The notes: a model not told the origin generated them from the sequence alone. A DNA stretch of 54,676 nucleotides from a virus (IMGVR_UViG_3300009161_000056:1-54676); one strand, 5' to 3'. Positions 8,616-17,429 are shown, numbered from the stretch's first letter. Numbers and translations are program-made.

Positions 8616-9265
8616 TGTTATGGTTTAAATTCCACATCGGTGACTACATCACGCACACGACGCACTTGGCTGATGCCGAGGACTTGGCATACCGCCGCCT
8701 GCTTGATTTGTACTACATGAGTGAGAAGCCAATCCCACTCGATACCCAATCGGTTGCCCGCAAAATCAGGCTTGATTTGGACATAACCGAATCGGTTTTG
8801 GGTGAGTTTTTTCAACATACCGAAAAAGGGTATGTCAACAGTCGTTGTGACATGGAAATCGCAAAATATCAACATCAAGTCGAAAATAATCGATCCCTCG
8901 GAAAGCGAGGCGGCAGGCCGAAGAAAACCGAATCGATAACCGAAACGGAACCGAAAGTTAACCCTAAGAAGAATAAGAACAAGAATAAGAATATATCGTC
9001 GGTGGCATCAACACCAACACGATTCAACGACTTTTGGTCTGTGTGGCCTGCGTCAAAAAGGAAGGTAGCCCGCTCTGAGTGCGAGAAGAAGTGGGACAAG
9101 CATGACCTCGACATGGTTGCTGATGTCATCATTGCCAACGTCAAGAAGTTGAAGACGACCGAGCAGTGGACTTCTGGCTTTGACCCTGCGCCCCTGACGT
9201 ACATCAACCAGCGCCGCTGGGAAGATGATGCAGGCGAACAGCAAAAACAGCGGAGGGTGATATGA
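8615..9265 (+). CDS. DUF1376/YdaU-family replication initiator-like protein
   Basis: WFKFHIGDY...HL...EDLAYRRLLDLYY N-terminus; GKRGGRP; FNDFWSVWP...YINQRRWED C-domain. Confidence 0.85.
   Translation: MLWFKFHIGDYITHTTHLADAEDLAYRRLLDLYYMSEKPIPLDTQSVARKIRLDLDITESVLGEFFQHTEKGYVNSRCDMEIAKYQHQVENNRSLGKRGGRPKKTESITETEPKVNPKKNKNKNKNISSVASTPTRFNDFWSVWPASKRKVARSECEKKWDKHDLDMVADVIIANVKKLKTTEQWTSGFDPAPLTYINQRRWEDDAGEQQKQRRVI
8743..8996. promoter_or_regulatory. Putative replication origin (iterons plus A-rich tract) inside initiator gene
   Basis: AACCGAA at 8785, 8926, 8938, 8949; degenerate copies at 8743 and 8960; followed by AAGAATAAGAACAAGAATAAGAATATA; lambdoid ori-in-initiator arrangement. Confidence 0.55.
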
Positions 9266-9633
9266 CCGAACGCATGAAACAGGCGTTAATTCTGGCCGAT
9301 AAATGTTGGGGTAAGGCTTACCGTGCCTCTCCCATTTTTGTTGAGCAGTATTTGGAAATCATGCAAAACCTTTTGCTGATGCGTCCTGTTGTCATGGGGG
9401 ATGAATTTAGAGCGCAGTGCGAATTGCAGGGATTGCATTTGCCAAGCAATCTACACCACAACACTTGGGTCAGCGGAGCAAGGGCTATGCAACAAATGGG
9501 ATGGATTTCTCCAGTATCAAAAGTTGAACCAGTTCATTCACACAACCATATGCCTTCAGTTACTCTGTGGCGTAGCAATATTTTTGGCGACAAACAAGTC
9601 CCGTTTAACTCAAGGCAGAAAAACCTTTTTTAA
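9262..9633 (+). CDS. Hypothetical protein (123 aa)
   Basis: ATGA overlap with upstream gene; GGAGG RBS. Confidence 0.7.
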   Translation: MTERMKQALILADKCWGKAYRASPIFVEQYLEIMQNLLLMRPVVMGDEFRAQCELQGLHLPSNLHHNTWVSGARAMQQMGWISPVSKVEPVHSHNHMPSVTLWRSNIFGDKQVPFNSRQKNLF

Positions 9634-9645
9634 AAGCGAATAGAC

Positions 9646-10077
9646 ATGAGCAAACTTGAAAATTTTATTCAAAGGCTGGGCAAGGTCAGGGGCCGTAATG
9701 GTTCATGGACTGCACAGTGTCCAGCACATGAAGACAAGTCTCCATCGTTGTCAGTTCGGGAGACCGAAGATGGCCGCGTGTTGGTGCATTGTTTTGGTGG
9801 ATGCGCGGTGCATGATGTGGTCGGCGCAGTCGGCATGGATATGAGCGACCTGTTTCCAGAGCGCGATGAGCGGTTGGATCACAACCAAGTAGCGAAACCA
9901 TTGAAGCCTGCGTTCTACGCAAGCGACCTACTGCGGATTGCATCGTTTGAATGTCTGGTCGTGATGATTGCGGCTTATGACATGAGGCGTGGCAAAAAGT
10001 TAAGCGAAGAAGATATGGCCCGTTTGGAAACGGCACAACAGCGAATTGAAGAGGTAATCCAATATGCAAATGTCTAA
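9646..10077 (+). CDS. Primase-type CHC2 zinc-finger protein without a TOPRIM domain
   Basis: CPAHEDKSPSLSV...VHCFGGC motif; only 143 aa. Confidence 0.8.
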   Translation: MSKLENFIQRLGKVRGRNGSWTAQCPAHEDKSPSLSVRETEDGRVLVHCFGGCAVHDVVGAVGMDMSDLFPERDERLDHNQVAKPLKPAFYASDLLRIASFECLVVMIAAYDMRRGKKLSEEDMARLETAQQRIEEVIQYANV

Positions 10078-11065
10078 CATTCAACAGCGAGCAAAAGACC
10101 TAGATGAGGCGCGAAAAATCCGCATCATCAGGCCAGATCAAGTGGACTTTGAGAAGTACCTCAAAGCCAACGACGTAGCACAGAAGGTGCGCGATGCAGA
10201 GGGTTTCATTGAGGAGATGCGAATCGACCTGATGACCCCTGAGACACAGGTATCGCAGACGATGCCTTGGACAAAGACACACGCAGGGTTTCAATTTCGC
10301 GCAGGTGAGGTGACCGTGTATGCAGGTGGCAACGGTGGCGGCAAGAGCATGATCACAGGCATGATTGCAATGGGCCTGATTAAGCAAGACCAGAAGGTGA
10401 TGATTGCTTCGTTTGAGATGAAACCCAAGCGCACCCTGTACCGAATGCTCCGCCAGTTTGCTGGTGAGAATATTGATGCACCACGCTACACCAACAAAGA
10501 GACCTACATCAAGAACTTGCTGGATCGGTTTCAGCTTTACAACTACAACAAGCTGTGGCTGTATGACCAGCAAGGAACGGTGACCAGCCAGCAGGTGATT
10601 GCTGTGGCCCGCTATAGCGCGATGGAGTTAGGTGTTCAGCACATCTTCATTGATTCGCTGATGAAGTGCGTGGCTGGTGAAGACGACTACAACGCGCAGA
10701 AGTATTTTGTTGATGAGTTGACCGCGCTGGCGCGTGACCACAACGTCCACATCCATCTGGTTCACCACATCCGCAAGCTCGCGAACGAAGAGGTCAAGCC
10801 AAGCAAGTCAGACCTAAAAGGCTCTGGCTCCATCAGCGACCAAGTGGACAATGTTTTGCTGGTGTGGCGCAACAAGAAAAAAGAACACGATGCGCAGTCT
10901 GGCCCAGTTGATCCATTGATCCCTGATGCCATGATGATGTGCGAGAAACAACGTAATGGCGAAGCAGAGGATTGGTATTCGCTTTGGTACAACAAAGACA
11001 GCCAGCAGTTCATCGAATACGACAACAGCGTACCCATGTCTTTTGACAACGGAGGGAGATTTTGA
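10064..11065 (+). CDS. SF4 (DnaB/T7 gp4-like) replicative helicase
   Basis: Walker A GGNGGGKS, SFEM, IFIDSL, LVHH, DLKGSGSI, EKQRNG. Confidence 0.9.
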   Translation: MQMSNIQQRAKDLDEARKIRIIRPDQVDFEKYLKANDVAQKVRDAEGFIEEMRIDLMTPETQVSQTMPWTKTHAGFQFRAGEVTVYAGGNGGGKSMITGMIAMGLIKQDQKVMIASFEMKPKRTLYRMLRQFAGENIDAPRYTNKETYIKNLLDRFQLYNYNKLWLYDQQGTVTSQQVIAVARYSAMELGVQHIFIDSLMKCVAGEDDYNAQKYFVDELTALARDHNVHIHLVHHIRKLANEEVKPSKSDLKGSGSISDQVDNVLLVWRNKKKEHDAQSGPVDPLIPDAMMMCEKQRNGEAEDWYSLWYNKDSQQFIEYDNSVPMSFDNGGRF

Positions 11066-11304
11066 ATTATGGCAAGGAGGGCGAAGGAGAAGATGAGCAT
11101 CGCCACCGCTGTCTCGTTCGGGGAATCATCAATATGCGTATTCAAGATCGCGATAGCGCGTACCGCTGGCTCAATGGTTACGTTGACCACCTTGGGAAGC
11201 GTCACAAGGGATGGAACGAACTTCATCCCAAGTCACGCCTTGAGGCAGACGTTAGAGATCAGTGGACAAAGGGTAACCGAGGTAACACAGGAGAATGGAA
11301 ATGA
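11062..11304 (+). CDS. Hypothetical protein
   Basis: Tiles between helicase and next gene with GGAGG RBS; EHRHRCLVR...DQWTKGNRG. Confidence 0.6.
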   Translation: MNYGKEGEGEDEHRHRCLVRGIINMRIQDRDSAYRWLNGYVDHLGKRHKGWNELHPKSRLEADVRDQWTKGNRGNTGEWK

Positions 11305-11558
11305 CAAAGCAAGACGCTGAACTAAGCCCTTTAGCAAGGCAACTACTTGGCAACTCTGGGGCCATGAAGTTATTCACACAGACTGAGTTTGATGCGGCAC
11401 TTACTGAGGCCAAAGCCGAGATCATGGCGATTGCAATTCAGACCACTAAGCAGGCGCTAGAGATCGAACGTAATGCTTGCGCTGACATTGCACTGGCATG
11501 GAGTCAAGAGGAGTTATTTGAGGCGATCCGCAACCGCATGAAAGTCAAAGATGATTGA
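11295..11558 (+). CDS. Hypothetical protein
   Basis: ERNACADIA...AIRNR motif frequent in small phage proteins; AGGAG RBS. Confidence 0.65.
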   Translation: MEMTKQDAELSPLARQLLGNSGAMKLFTQTEFDAALTEAKAEIMAIAIQTTKQALEIERNACADIALAWSQEELFEAIRNRMKVKDD

Positions 11559-11898
11559 GATCACATTGCCTTGGCCTCCATCGGTCAACACTTACTGGCG
11601 CAACTTCGATGGTCGCATGATCATCAGCGCCAGAGGGCGCGAGTACCGTGAGACTGTCGGCGATCAGATGACATTACAAAAGATGGCTAAACACTTCAAG
11701 GGGCCACTGCGTGTGGTCATTGAGGCATGGAGGCCAGACAAGCGCCGCCGCGATCTTGACAACCTGCTGAAGGCCACGCTCGATGGGCTGGCTCACGCAG
11801 GCGTTTATGAAGACGACTCACAGATTGTTGATCTGCGAATCTATTGGGCACCCGACCTTGGCGGAATGTTGAAAATCAAAATTGAGGAGATTGAATGA
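11551..11898 (+). CDS. rusA: RusA-family Holliday junction resolvase
   Basis: LPWPPSVNTYWR; PDKRRRDLDNLLKATLDGL; EDDSQIV. Confidence 0.92.
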   Translation: MIEITLPWPPSVNTYWRNFDGRMIISARGREYRETVGDQMTLQKMAKHFKGPLRVVIEAWRPDKRRRDLDNLLKATLDGLAHAGVYEDDSQIVDLRIYWAPDLGGMLKIKIEEIE

Positions 11899-12053
11899 AA
11901 CAAGAACCAGAATTGATCGACATCTTTGCATTGTTTGCGTTGATGTCAATTTTGAACAAAGCAGGCAAGGGGGCACTGCCTCAAGACATTGCGCGTTCAG
12001 CTTACGACTTTGCAGAAGCAATGATTGAAGAGAAGGAGTATCACAATGGCTGA
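11895..12053 (+). CDS. Small hypothetical protein (52 aa, not in ORF track)
   Basis: MKQEPELIDIFALFALM...ARSAYDFAEAMIEE; GAGGAG RBS; ATGA overlap. Confidence 0.65.
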   Translation: MKQEPELIDIFALFALMSILNKAGKGALPQDIARSAYDFAEAMIEEKEYHNG

Positions 12054-12168
12054 CCTATGGAACATCATGTTGATTGTGTTTGCAATCACTGGCGGACTGA
12101 GTTGGGTATTCATAATTTTGGTGTCGCTTTTTTATTGGGCCTGTAGCAGGCCAACAAAGGAGGAATAA
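12046..12168 (+). CDS. Small single-pass membrane protein (40 aa, not in ORF track)
   Basis: MADLWNIMLIVFAITGGLSWVFIILVSLFYWACSRPTKEE; AAGGAG RBS. Confidence 0.55.
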   Translation: MADLWNIMLIVFAITGGLSWVFIILVSLFYWACSRPTKEE

Positions 12169-12306
12169 ATGTTTGAATCGTTTGGAGACTTTTTTTGGAA
12201 GTTCATGGCAATGTCTGGCTTTATGTTTTGGATTTGCTTTTTAGTTTTTATTGGTTTGGTGATTAGGCGCAACCGCGCCAAAAGGAGAATGTTTTATGAG
12301 CATTGA
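12169..12306 (+). CDS. Small membrane protein (45 aa, not in ORF track)
   Basis: MFESFGDFFWKFMAMSGFMFWICFLVFIGLVIRRNRAKRRMFYEH; AGGAGG RBS; basic tail after TM. Confidence 0.55.
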   Translation: MFESFGDFFWKFMAMSGFMFWICFLVFIGLVIRRNRAKRRMFYEH

Positions 12307-12631
12307 AGAGAGAGACCCAAACAAAGCTATTGACTACATCTTGACTAACGGCAAGACGTTTGCAAAAGCGAAAGCAGAGCGCGTGTATATCGAGGAGTAT
12401 CGCAAGTCCCTCAAGGCAATTTTGCAAAAGCGATCAACCGAAACTGCAATCACCGCGCAAGAGCGTGATGCATATGCACACCCAGAGTACCAAGCATTGC
12501 TTGTGGGGTTGCGTGAAGCCGTGGAGGCGGAGGAAAAATTGCGTTGGGATTTGATTGCCGCGCAGGCCGTCGTGGAAATTTGGCGCACACAGCAAGCGAA
12601 TAACAGGGCCGAAGGAAAGGCCACGATGTGA
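12296..12631 (+). CDS. Helical hypothetical protein, possibly UvsY-like recombination mediator
   Basis: All-alpha 111 aa; AAGGAG RBS; family call is a weak resemblance. Confidence 0.5.
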   Translation: MSIEERDPNKAIDYILTNGKTFAKAKAERVYIEEYRKSLKAILQKRSTETAITAQERDAYAHPEYQALLVGLREAVEAEEKLRWDLIAAQAVVEIWRTQQANNRAEGKATM

Positions 12632-12972
12632 ACACCTACCAAGGCATGGTGATGAACGCCGCTGGTTGGGTGCTGGTGTTGCTGGATGGTTGGGCAATGC
12701 ACACCCACTGGGTTGCGGCACTCGGTTTTATTCTTTTAATTTATTCAATGTGGAGCATATGCATGAAGACACCAGAAGACGAAGCGTTTGATGAGTTGGA
12801 GAAATCTCTTGGCTGGCGCAAACGACAGATCGTTCAACGTCAACTCAGTGATGAAGAGAACATGGCCCGCAACGTGGTACTTGAAGAAATAGCCACGGCG
12901 TTTGACAAGATGCGAAACGGTGGAGACACCGTTGCCTCTTTCGCAATATACGTTAGGAGCATGAAGCGATGA
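12628..12972 (+). CDS. Hypothetical protein with hydrophobic N-terminus
   Basis: GTGA overlap; two hydrophobic segments then MKTPEDEAFDELE (possible internal start). Confidence 0.55.
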   Translation: MNTYQGMVMNAAGWVLVLLDGWAMHTHWVAALGFILLIYSMWSICMKTPEDEAFDELEKSLGWRKRQIVQRQLSDEENMARNVVLEEIATAFDKMRNGGDTVASFAIYVRSMKR

Positions 12973-13115
12973 CCGAAAAAGCAAAGACTTGTCAGGTGTG
13001 CCGCCTTAACCCAGCAGAGGTGAAGGGCAGGAACAGTAAGGGCGCACCGCAGTGGCGATGCCAGACCTGCCACGACCTCAAGAATCGCGGCGGCTTTACA
13101 AAGGGTAAGCAATGA
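12969..13115 (+). CDS. Small zinc-ribbon protein (48 aa, not in ORF track)
   Basis: CQVC...CQTC; ATGA overlaps at both ends. Confidence 0.65.
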   Translation: MTEKAKTCQVCRLNPAEVKGRNSKGAPQWRCQTCHDLKNRGGFTKGKQ

Positions 13116-13408
13116 CCACGCTGAAGGAAAAGAAGCACATGAGCGCGGTGGCGGAACTAGGTTGTGCCGTCTGCCGCAGGATGGGGTTTGAGGGTACGCC
13201 CGCTGAGTTGCACCATCCAAGGCGATTGGCGGGGGGCTGGGGGCGTTCTAGCCACTTCAGTGTCATACCGCTATGCCCAGAGCATCATCGCGGCTCTACG
13301 GGCCTGCACGGGCTGGGCACCAAGGGCTTTGAGAAGCGTTACGGGTACGACGAGGCTGACCTGCTCAAGGACACGCTGGCCCTGTTAGGGCTTACGGTTT
13401 GCGAGTAA
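13112..13408 (+). CDS. Ref-like HNH nuclease (recombination enhancement function family)
   Basis: LGCAVCR...AELHH...VIPLCPEHHRG...FEKRYG. Confidence 0.75.
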   Translation: MTTLKEKKHMSAVAELGCAVCRRMGFEGTPAELHHPRRLAGGWGRSSHFSVIPLCPEHHRGSTGLHGLGTKGFEKRYGYDEADLLKDTLALLGLTVCE

Positions 13409-13432
13409 AGCGGTTGCTTTTCTGCAACGTAT

Positions 13433-13548
13433 TAGGGTTTTCCTTAGAAAATATTTATAAAAAGTTGTTGACGGCGTTTAATTTGGCCTTAAACTACAAG
13501 CACTGACCAAGCAATCCCTGTAAGGCAGTAAAGCGAAGGAACAGCGAA
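13433..13548 (+). promoter_or_regulatory. Early promoter cassette 1
   Basis: TAGGG..CCTTAG box, AT-rich UP tract, TTGACG(13468)-16-TAAACT, leader hairpin, AGCGAA x2 around RBS. Confidence 0.8.
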
Positions 13549-13833
13549 ATGAACAACGACATCAACTTCACAGCAGTAGACACACTCGGCACACTCTTGG
13601 CACAGATCGCTGATCTGACCAAGCAGGCTGATGCCATCAAGGACGACATCAAGGACAGCGCCAGCAAGGGCGGCGCAAAGGTTGTCGAGGGTGCGCTCTT
13701 CAAGGCCACCTACATCGAGAGCAATCGCTCTGTGTTCGACAAGGATGCATTCATCAAAGAGTTTGGCGCAGATGCATACGCCAAGTACACCAAGGTCTCC
13801 GCTGTGTTCAGCGTGAAGGTCACCAGCAAATAA
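13549..13833 (+). CDS. Early hypothetical protein (94 aa)
   Basis: Directly follows cassette 1; strongly biased codons. Confidence 0.8.
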   Translation: MNNDINFTAVDTLGTLLAQIADLTKQADAIKDDIKDSASKGGAKVVEGALFKATYIESNRSVFDKDAFIKEFGADAYAKYTKVSAVFSVKVTSK

Positions 13834-13839
13834 ATCAAC

Positions 13840-13855
13840 AGCCCCTTCGGGGGCT
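13840..13855 (+). other. cUUCGg hairpin without U-tract
   Basis: AGCCCC-TTCG-GGGGCT. Confidence 0.7.
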
Positions 13856-13880
13856 TAACCAAATGGAAAGCGAATCGGTT

Positions 13881-14024
13881 ATGAGTGATTACATCAAAGG
13901 CTTTGACAGTGGCTACGGTTACGTCCTGCAAGAGATTGAGAACTACATCAAGCAATACCCAGACAACAAGTTTGTGCTGGAAGAGTTGCTGGCCCATCTC
14001 AAGATGGAAGGCAAGCCCGAATGA
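13881..14024 (+). CDS. Small hypothetical protein (47 aa, not in ORF track)
   Basis: MSDYIKGFDSGYGYVLQEIENY...; ATGA overlap with next gene. Confidence 0.6.
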   Translation: MSDYIKGFDSGYGYVLQEIENYIKQYPDNKFVLEELLAHLKMEGKPE

Positions 14025-14263
14025 CCGATCTGTTTGGGCATGAAGAGTTCGATTGGCAAAAAGAATGGCAGGGGATGCCAGAGTTCTTTCAAGAAGACCT
14101 CACGCCATATCGAGTGATCAACTTGCGCTTTAGATGCGAGGAGGATGTGGAGGCGTTCGCCAAGCTGGTGGAGCAGACCATCACGCCCAAGCAGAAGGCG
14201 CTCTGGTTCCCCTTCGCTGAGTTCCGCAGAGCCGCGCATTTGAGGTGGGTCGATGAATCCTAA
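14021..14263 (+). CDS. Small partner protein of the TAGT-type glycosyltransferase
   Basis: EWQGMPEF...F...EDVEAFAKLVEQTIT...LWFP pattern; overlaps glycosyltransferase start. Confidence 0.65.
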   Translation: MTDLFGHEEFDWQKEWQGMPEFFQEDLTPYRVINLRFRCEEDVEAFAKLVEQTITPKQKALWFPFAEFRRAAHLRWVDES

Positions 14264-15128
14264 GTACCCTGTCTACATTGTGTCCAAGGGCCGCTGGGCT
14301 ACGCGCCTGACAAGCAAAGCATTGGATCGTATCAACGTGCCCTACTACATCGTGGTGGAGGCGCACGAGCGCGAGCAGTATGCGGCGGTGATCAACCCTG
14401 AGAGGGTGCTGGTGTTGCCAGAGGGTTACTTGTGGAACTACGACACTTGTGATGACCTTGGTGAGAAGCTCGGCAAAGGCCCCGGGGCCGCAAGAAATTT
14501 CTGCTGGGATCACTCTATGAGCTTGGGCTATGCTAGGCACTGGGTAATGGACGACAACATCGCCAGCTTCAACAGGCTGAACCGCAACCTCATGGTCAAG
14601 GTTACGTCGGGCACCATCTTCCGCGCCGCTGAAGACTTTGTGGATCGCTACGACAACGTCGCTATCGCTGGCTTCAACTATGACTTCTTTGCCAAGGCCA
14701 AGGAACCCCTGCCTGCGTTTGTGATGAACACGCGCATCTACTCCTGCCTGCTGATCCAGAACAGCATCCCCTTCCGCTGGCGAGGCCGCTACAACGAGGA
14801 CACAGACCTTTCCCTGCGTGTGCTGAAGGCCAGCTTATGCACTGTGCAGTTCAATGCATTCCTGCAAGAGAAGGCCACCACGCAAACCATGAAGGGCGGC
14901 AACACCGACGAGTTCTACTCCAAGGAGGGAACCCTGCCTAAGTCCAAGATGATCGAGCGCCTGCACCCTGATGTGGCGGAGGTGGTCTGGCGGTTCAATC
15001 GCTGGCATCACCATGTGGACTACACATCATTCAAGCGCAACCCGTTAGTGCGACGGTACGGCGTGGTCGTCCCAGAGGGGATCAACGGGTACGGCATGGT
15101 GCTGAAAGACACTAGGGAAAATACTTAA
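14253..15128 (+). CDS. GT-A fold glycosyltransferase, TET-associated (TAGT)/GREB1-like family
   Basis: YPVYIVSKGR, ARNF, HWVMDDNI, TRIYSCLLI, GRYNEDTDLSLRVL, MKGGNT motifs. Confidence 0.8.
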   Translation: MNPKYPVYIVSKGRWATRLTSKALDRINVPYYIVVEAHEREQYAAVINPERVLVLPEGYLWNYDTCDDLGEKLGKGPGAARNFCWDHSMSLGYARHWVMDDNIASFNRLNRNLMVKVTSGTIFRAAEDFVDRYDNVAIAGFNYDFFAKAKEPLPAFVMNTRIYSCLLIQNSIPFRWRGRYNEDTDLSLRVLKASLCTVQFNAFLQEKATTQTMKGGNTDEFYSKEGTLPKSKMIERLHPDVAEVVWRFNRWHHHVDYTSFKRNPLVRRYGVVVPEGINGYGMVLKDTRENT

Positions 15129-15219
15129 AAATATTTTCAAAAAAGATGTTGACTCGTTTAATTTCGCGTTATACTAACAACACTGCAATAAGCAGGTAAC
15201 AGCGAATCAGGAGCGAATT
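15113..15219 (+). promoter_or_regulatory. Early promoter cassette 2
   Basis: TAGGGAAAATACTTA, TTGACT(15149)-15-TATACT, AGCGAA at 15201 and 15212. Confidence 0.75.
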
Positions 15220-16098
15220 ATGAACACAGCATCAAACCCCTTCAGCGATATGGAAGACGACTTGGACTTTGGCGCACCAGCCAAGGCCGCTACTGCCGAG
15301 GTGACTTACTTCGAGCAGACTTGCCCTAAGTGCAAAGGCACTGGTCGTTTCACCTTTGGCTACATCAACGTGCGCTCTGGCGAGTGCTTCGCCTGCAAGG
15401 GCAAAGGCAAGATGTCTTTCAAGACCAGCCCAGCCACACGCATGAAGGCCAAGGCCAGCGCACAAAAACGCGCCGTTGCCAAAGCAGAAGCTCAAGCCAA
15501 CAAGGCTCAAGAGTGGAAAGAAGCAAACCCAGCAGAAGCCGCATGGATGGAAAACAGTGCTGGCACATTCGAGTTCGCTCGCTCCATGCTGGATGCCCTC
15601 AACAAATACGGTTCACTCACAGAGCGCCAGATGGAAACCGTCCAGCGCCTGACAGTGCAGTCAGCAGAGCGTCAAGCCACCCGTGTTGCAGAGCAGGCCG
15701 CTCGCGCTGAGTCAGCACCTGTTGTGTCTGTCGAGGCCATCGAGGTTGCATTCAACAACGCCAAAGAGTCTGGCGTGAAGTTCCCCAAGTTGCGCCTCGA
15801 TACCTTTGTGTTCAGCCCTGCTGGCGAGAACAGCAAGAACGCTGGCGCGATCTACATCAAGTCCAAGGGTGACGGCGTGTACTTGGGCAAGGTCATGGGT
15901 GGTCGCCTCTTCACATCACGCGACTGCACCACAGAGGCCGCAGAACGCATCACAGCGGTCGCCAGCGACCCCAAGCAGGCCGCAGTAGCCTATGGCATGA
16001 AATTCGGCTCCTGCTCGGTCTGTGGTCGTCAATTGACCGACAGCGACAGCGTTGCCCGTGGCATTGGCCCCATCTGCGCTGAGAATTACGGTTTCTAA
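15220..16098 (+). CDS. Early protein with DnaJ-type Zn finger and C-terminal DUF6011-like Zn finger
   Basis: CPKCKGTG...CFACKGKG; CSVCGRQLTDSDSVARGIGPICA. Confidence 0.75.
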   Translation: MNTASNPFSDMEDDLDFGAPAKAATAEVTYFEQTCPKCKGTGRFTFGYINVRSGECFACKGKGKMSFKTSPATRMKAKASAQKRAVAKAEAQANKAQEWKEANPAEAAWMENSAGTFEFARSMLDALNKYGSLTERQMETVQRLTVQSAERQATRVAEQAARAESAPVVSVEAIEVAFNNAKESGVKFPKLRLDTFVFSPAGENSKNAGAIYIKSKGDGVYLGKVMGGRLFTSRDCTTEAAERITAVASDPKQAAVAYGMKFGSCSVCGRQLTDSDSVARGIGPICAENYGF

Positions 16099-16210
16099 GG
16101 GAAAGTACCTAGAAAATAATTTTACAAGGGGGCTTGACACCTCCTTTGTTTAAGCTATAATTACACTATGCACCGAACTTCTCGGTGCTACAACAGCGAA
16201 GGAAAGCGAA
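16096..16210 (+). promoter_or_regulatory. Early promoter cassette 3
   Basis: Consensus TTGACA(16134)-16-TATAAT(16156); GCACCGA/TCGGTGC leader hairpin; AGCGAA x2. Confidence 0.9.
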
Positions 16211-16486
16211 ATGAAAGTAGGAAAATCTTATTGGAGTGTTTCAGTTAGCCAAGACAAAGTCTGGAAAGAAGTGGCTTTGACCGAACCCCAAAATAACACT
16301 CGATCAAATGTAATGAGCAAGTGCAAATTGATAAGGGCTAATATCAAGTCGCAATTAAATGGCAAAACTGAATACGCCACAGAAATTGAAGCGCGCAAAG
16401 CATTTGCAAAATTGGATCAAGAGACTGCTAAGTATGTAGATGTTAACGAAAACTTCCCAGTCAATTTAGGTCTTGGCTGGTGTTAA
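16211..16486 (+). CDS. Early hypothetical protein (91 aa)
   Basis: Follows cassette 3; AT-richer than neighbours. Confidence 0.75.
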   Translation: MKVGKSYWSVSVSQDKVWKEVALTEPQNNTRSNVMSKCKLIRANIKSQLNGKTEYATEIEARKAFAKLDQETAKYVDVNENFPVNLGLGWC

Positions 16487-16493
16487 AACAAAC

Positions 16494-16509
16494 GGGGGCT
16501 TCGGCCCCC
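16494..16509 (+). other. cUUCGg hairpin without U-tract
   Basis: GGGGGC-TTCG-GCCCCC. Confidence 0.7.
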
Positions 16510-16543
16510 ACTAAACCAAATCGAAAAGCGAAAGGAAAGCGAA

Positions 16544-16816
16544 ATGAAAATCAATCAACTGGACTACACATTTGACAGCGTCGTGTCATTCGACAACGGC
16601 GAGACCACGCAGGATGTGGCTGTGGGTTATGACTACACCCCAGAGGAACTGAATTACCCCCATGCGCCTGACTACGCCGAGGAGTTCGAGGTGTTTGTGT
16701 TCGACGCTACAGGCAAGGACATCACGCTGGATGTGCCAGAGGAGGACTACCAGCTACTGGTCGAGGAGGCCAAGGCCGACTTCAAGCAAGTGGTCGAGGA
16801 TGCCAACGCATACTAG
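16544..16816 (+). CDS. Highly acidic early protein (90 aa)
   Basis: About 23 D/E versus 4 K and 0 R by hand count; AGCGAA x2 and AAGGA RBS. Confidence 0.75.
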   Translation: MKINQLDYTFDSVVSFDNGETTQDVAVGYDYTPEELNYPHAPDYAEEFEVFVFDATGKDITLDVPEEDYQLLVEEAKADFKQVVEDANAY

Positions 16817-16932
16817 GGAAAGCACCTAGAAAATATTTTTAGATATTTGTTGACGAGGTTTAATTTGGCCTTATATTTACACCACTGACACAGCAAACCT
16901 GCACAGTCAGCCAACAGAGAAGGAACAGCGAA
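16814..16932 (+). promoter_or_regulatory. Early promoter cassette 4
   Basis: TAGGGAAAGCACCTAG, TTGACG(16850)-16-TATATT, CTGAC/GTCAG leader hairpin. Confidence 0.8.
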
Positions 16933-17424
16933 ATGAACACAGAAATCAAAAACGAATTGGTAACAGAATTCAAGGCCCAAATTATTTCCAGCGTGAAATT
17001 CCAATTCAACCGCCTGCATGAAATCTTTGGCCCAACATTCCGTGGCGTTTACAACAGCAAGTCTTACAGCCTCTGGACTTTGACAGTGCGCCCATGCACA
17101 AAGCGCCTCGGTAACCGCATGGATGACGAGATTGTTTTGTGCGAAGACAACATGAACGAATATGCCCAAGAGCAGGCCGAGTTGTTTGCAGACGAGGTGA
17201 TCGCCAAGGTGAACGCCAAGGCTGGTGAGTTGACAGACAGCAAGGTACTTCGCGTCAGCGGCGCAAACTTCCGCATCACTGGCATGAAGGGCGACAAAAA
17301 AGTAATGATCGAGCAAAACCAGATCATCAACGTGTCAGTCAAGGGCAAGCTGTTCAACCAGTTCCCAGCCCGTATCTACGTTGACGGCAAATTCACATCA
17401 GCCGCCGCCTTCAAGAAAATCTAA
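16933..17424 (+). CDS. Early hypothetical protein (163 aa)
   Basis: Follows cassette 4. Confidence 0.8.
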   Translation: MNTEIKNELVTEFKAQIISSVKFQFNRLHEIFGPTFRGVYNSKSYSLWTLTVRPCTKRLGNRMDDEIVLCEDNMNEYAQEQAELFADEVIAKVNAKAGELTDSKVLRVSGANFRITGMKGDKKVMIEQNQIINVSVKGKLFNQFPARIYVDGKFTSAAAFKKI

Positions 17425-17429
17425 ACCAA

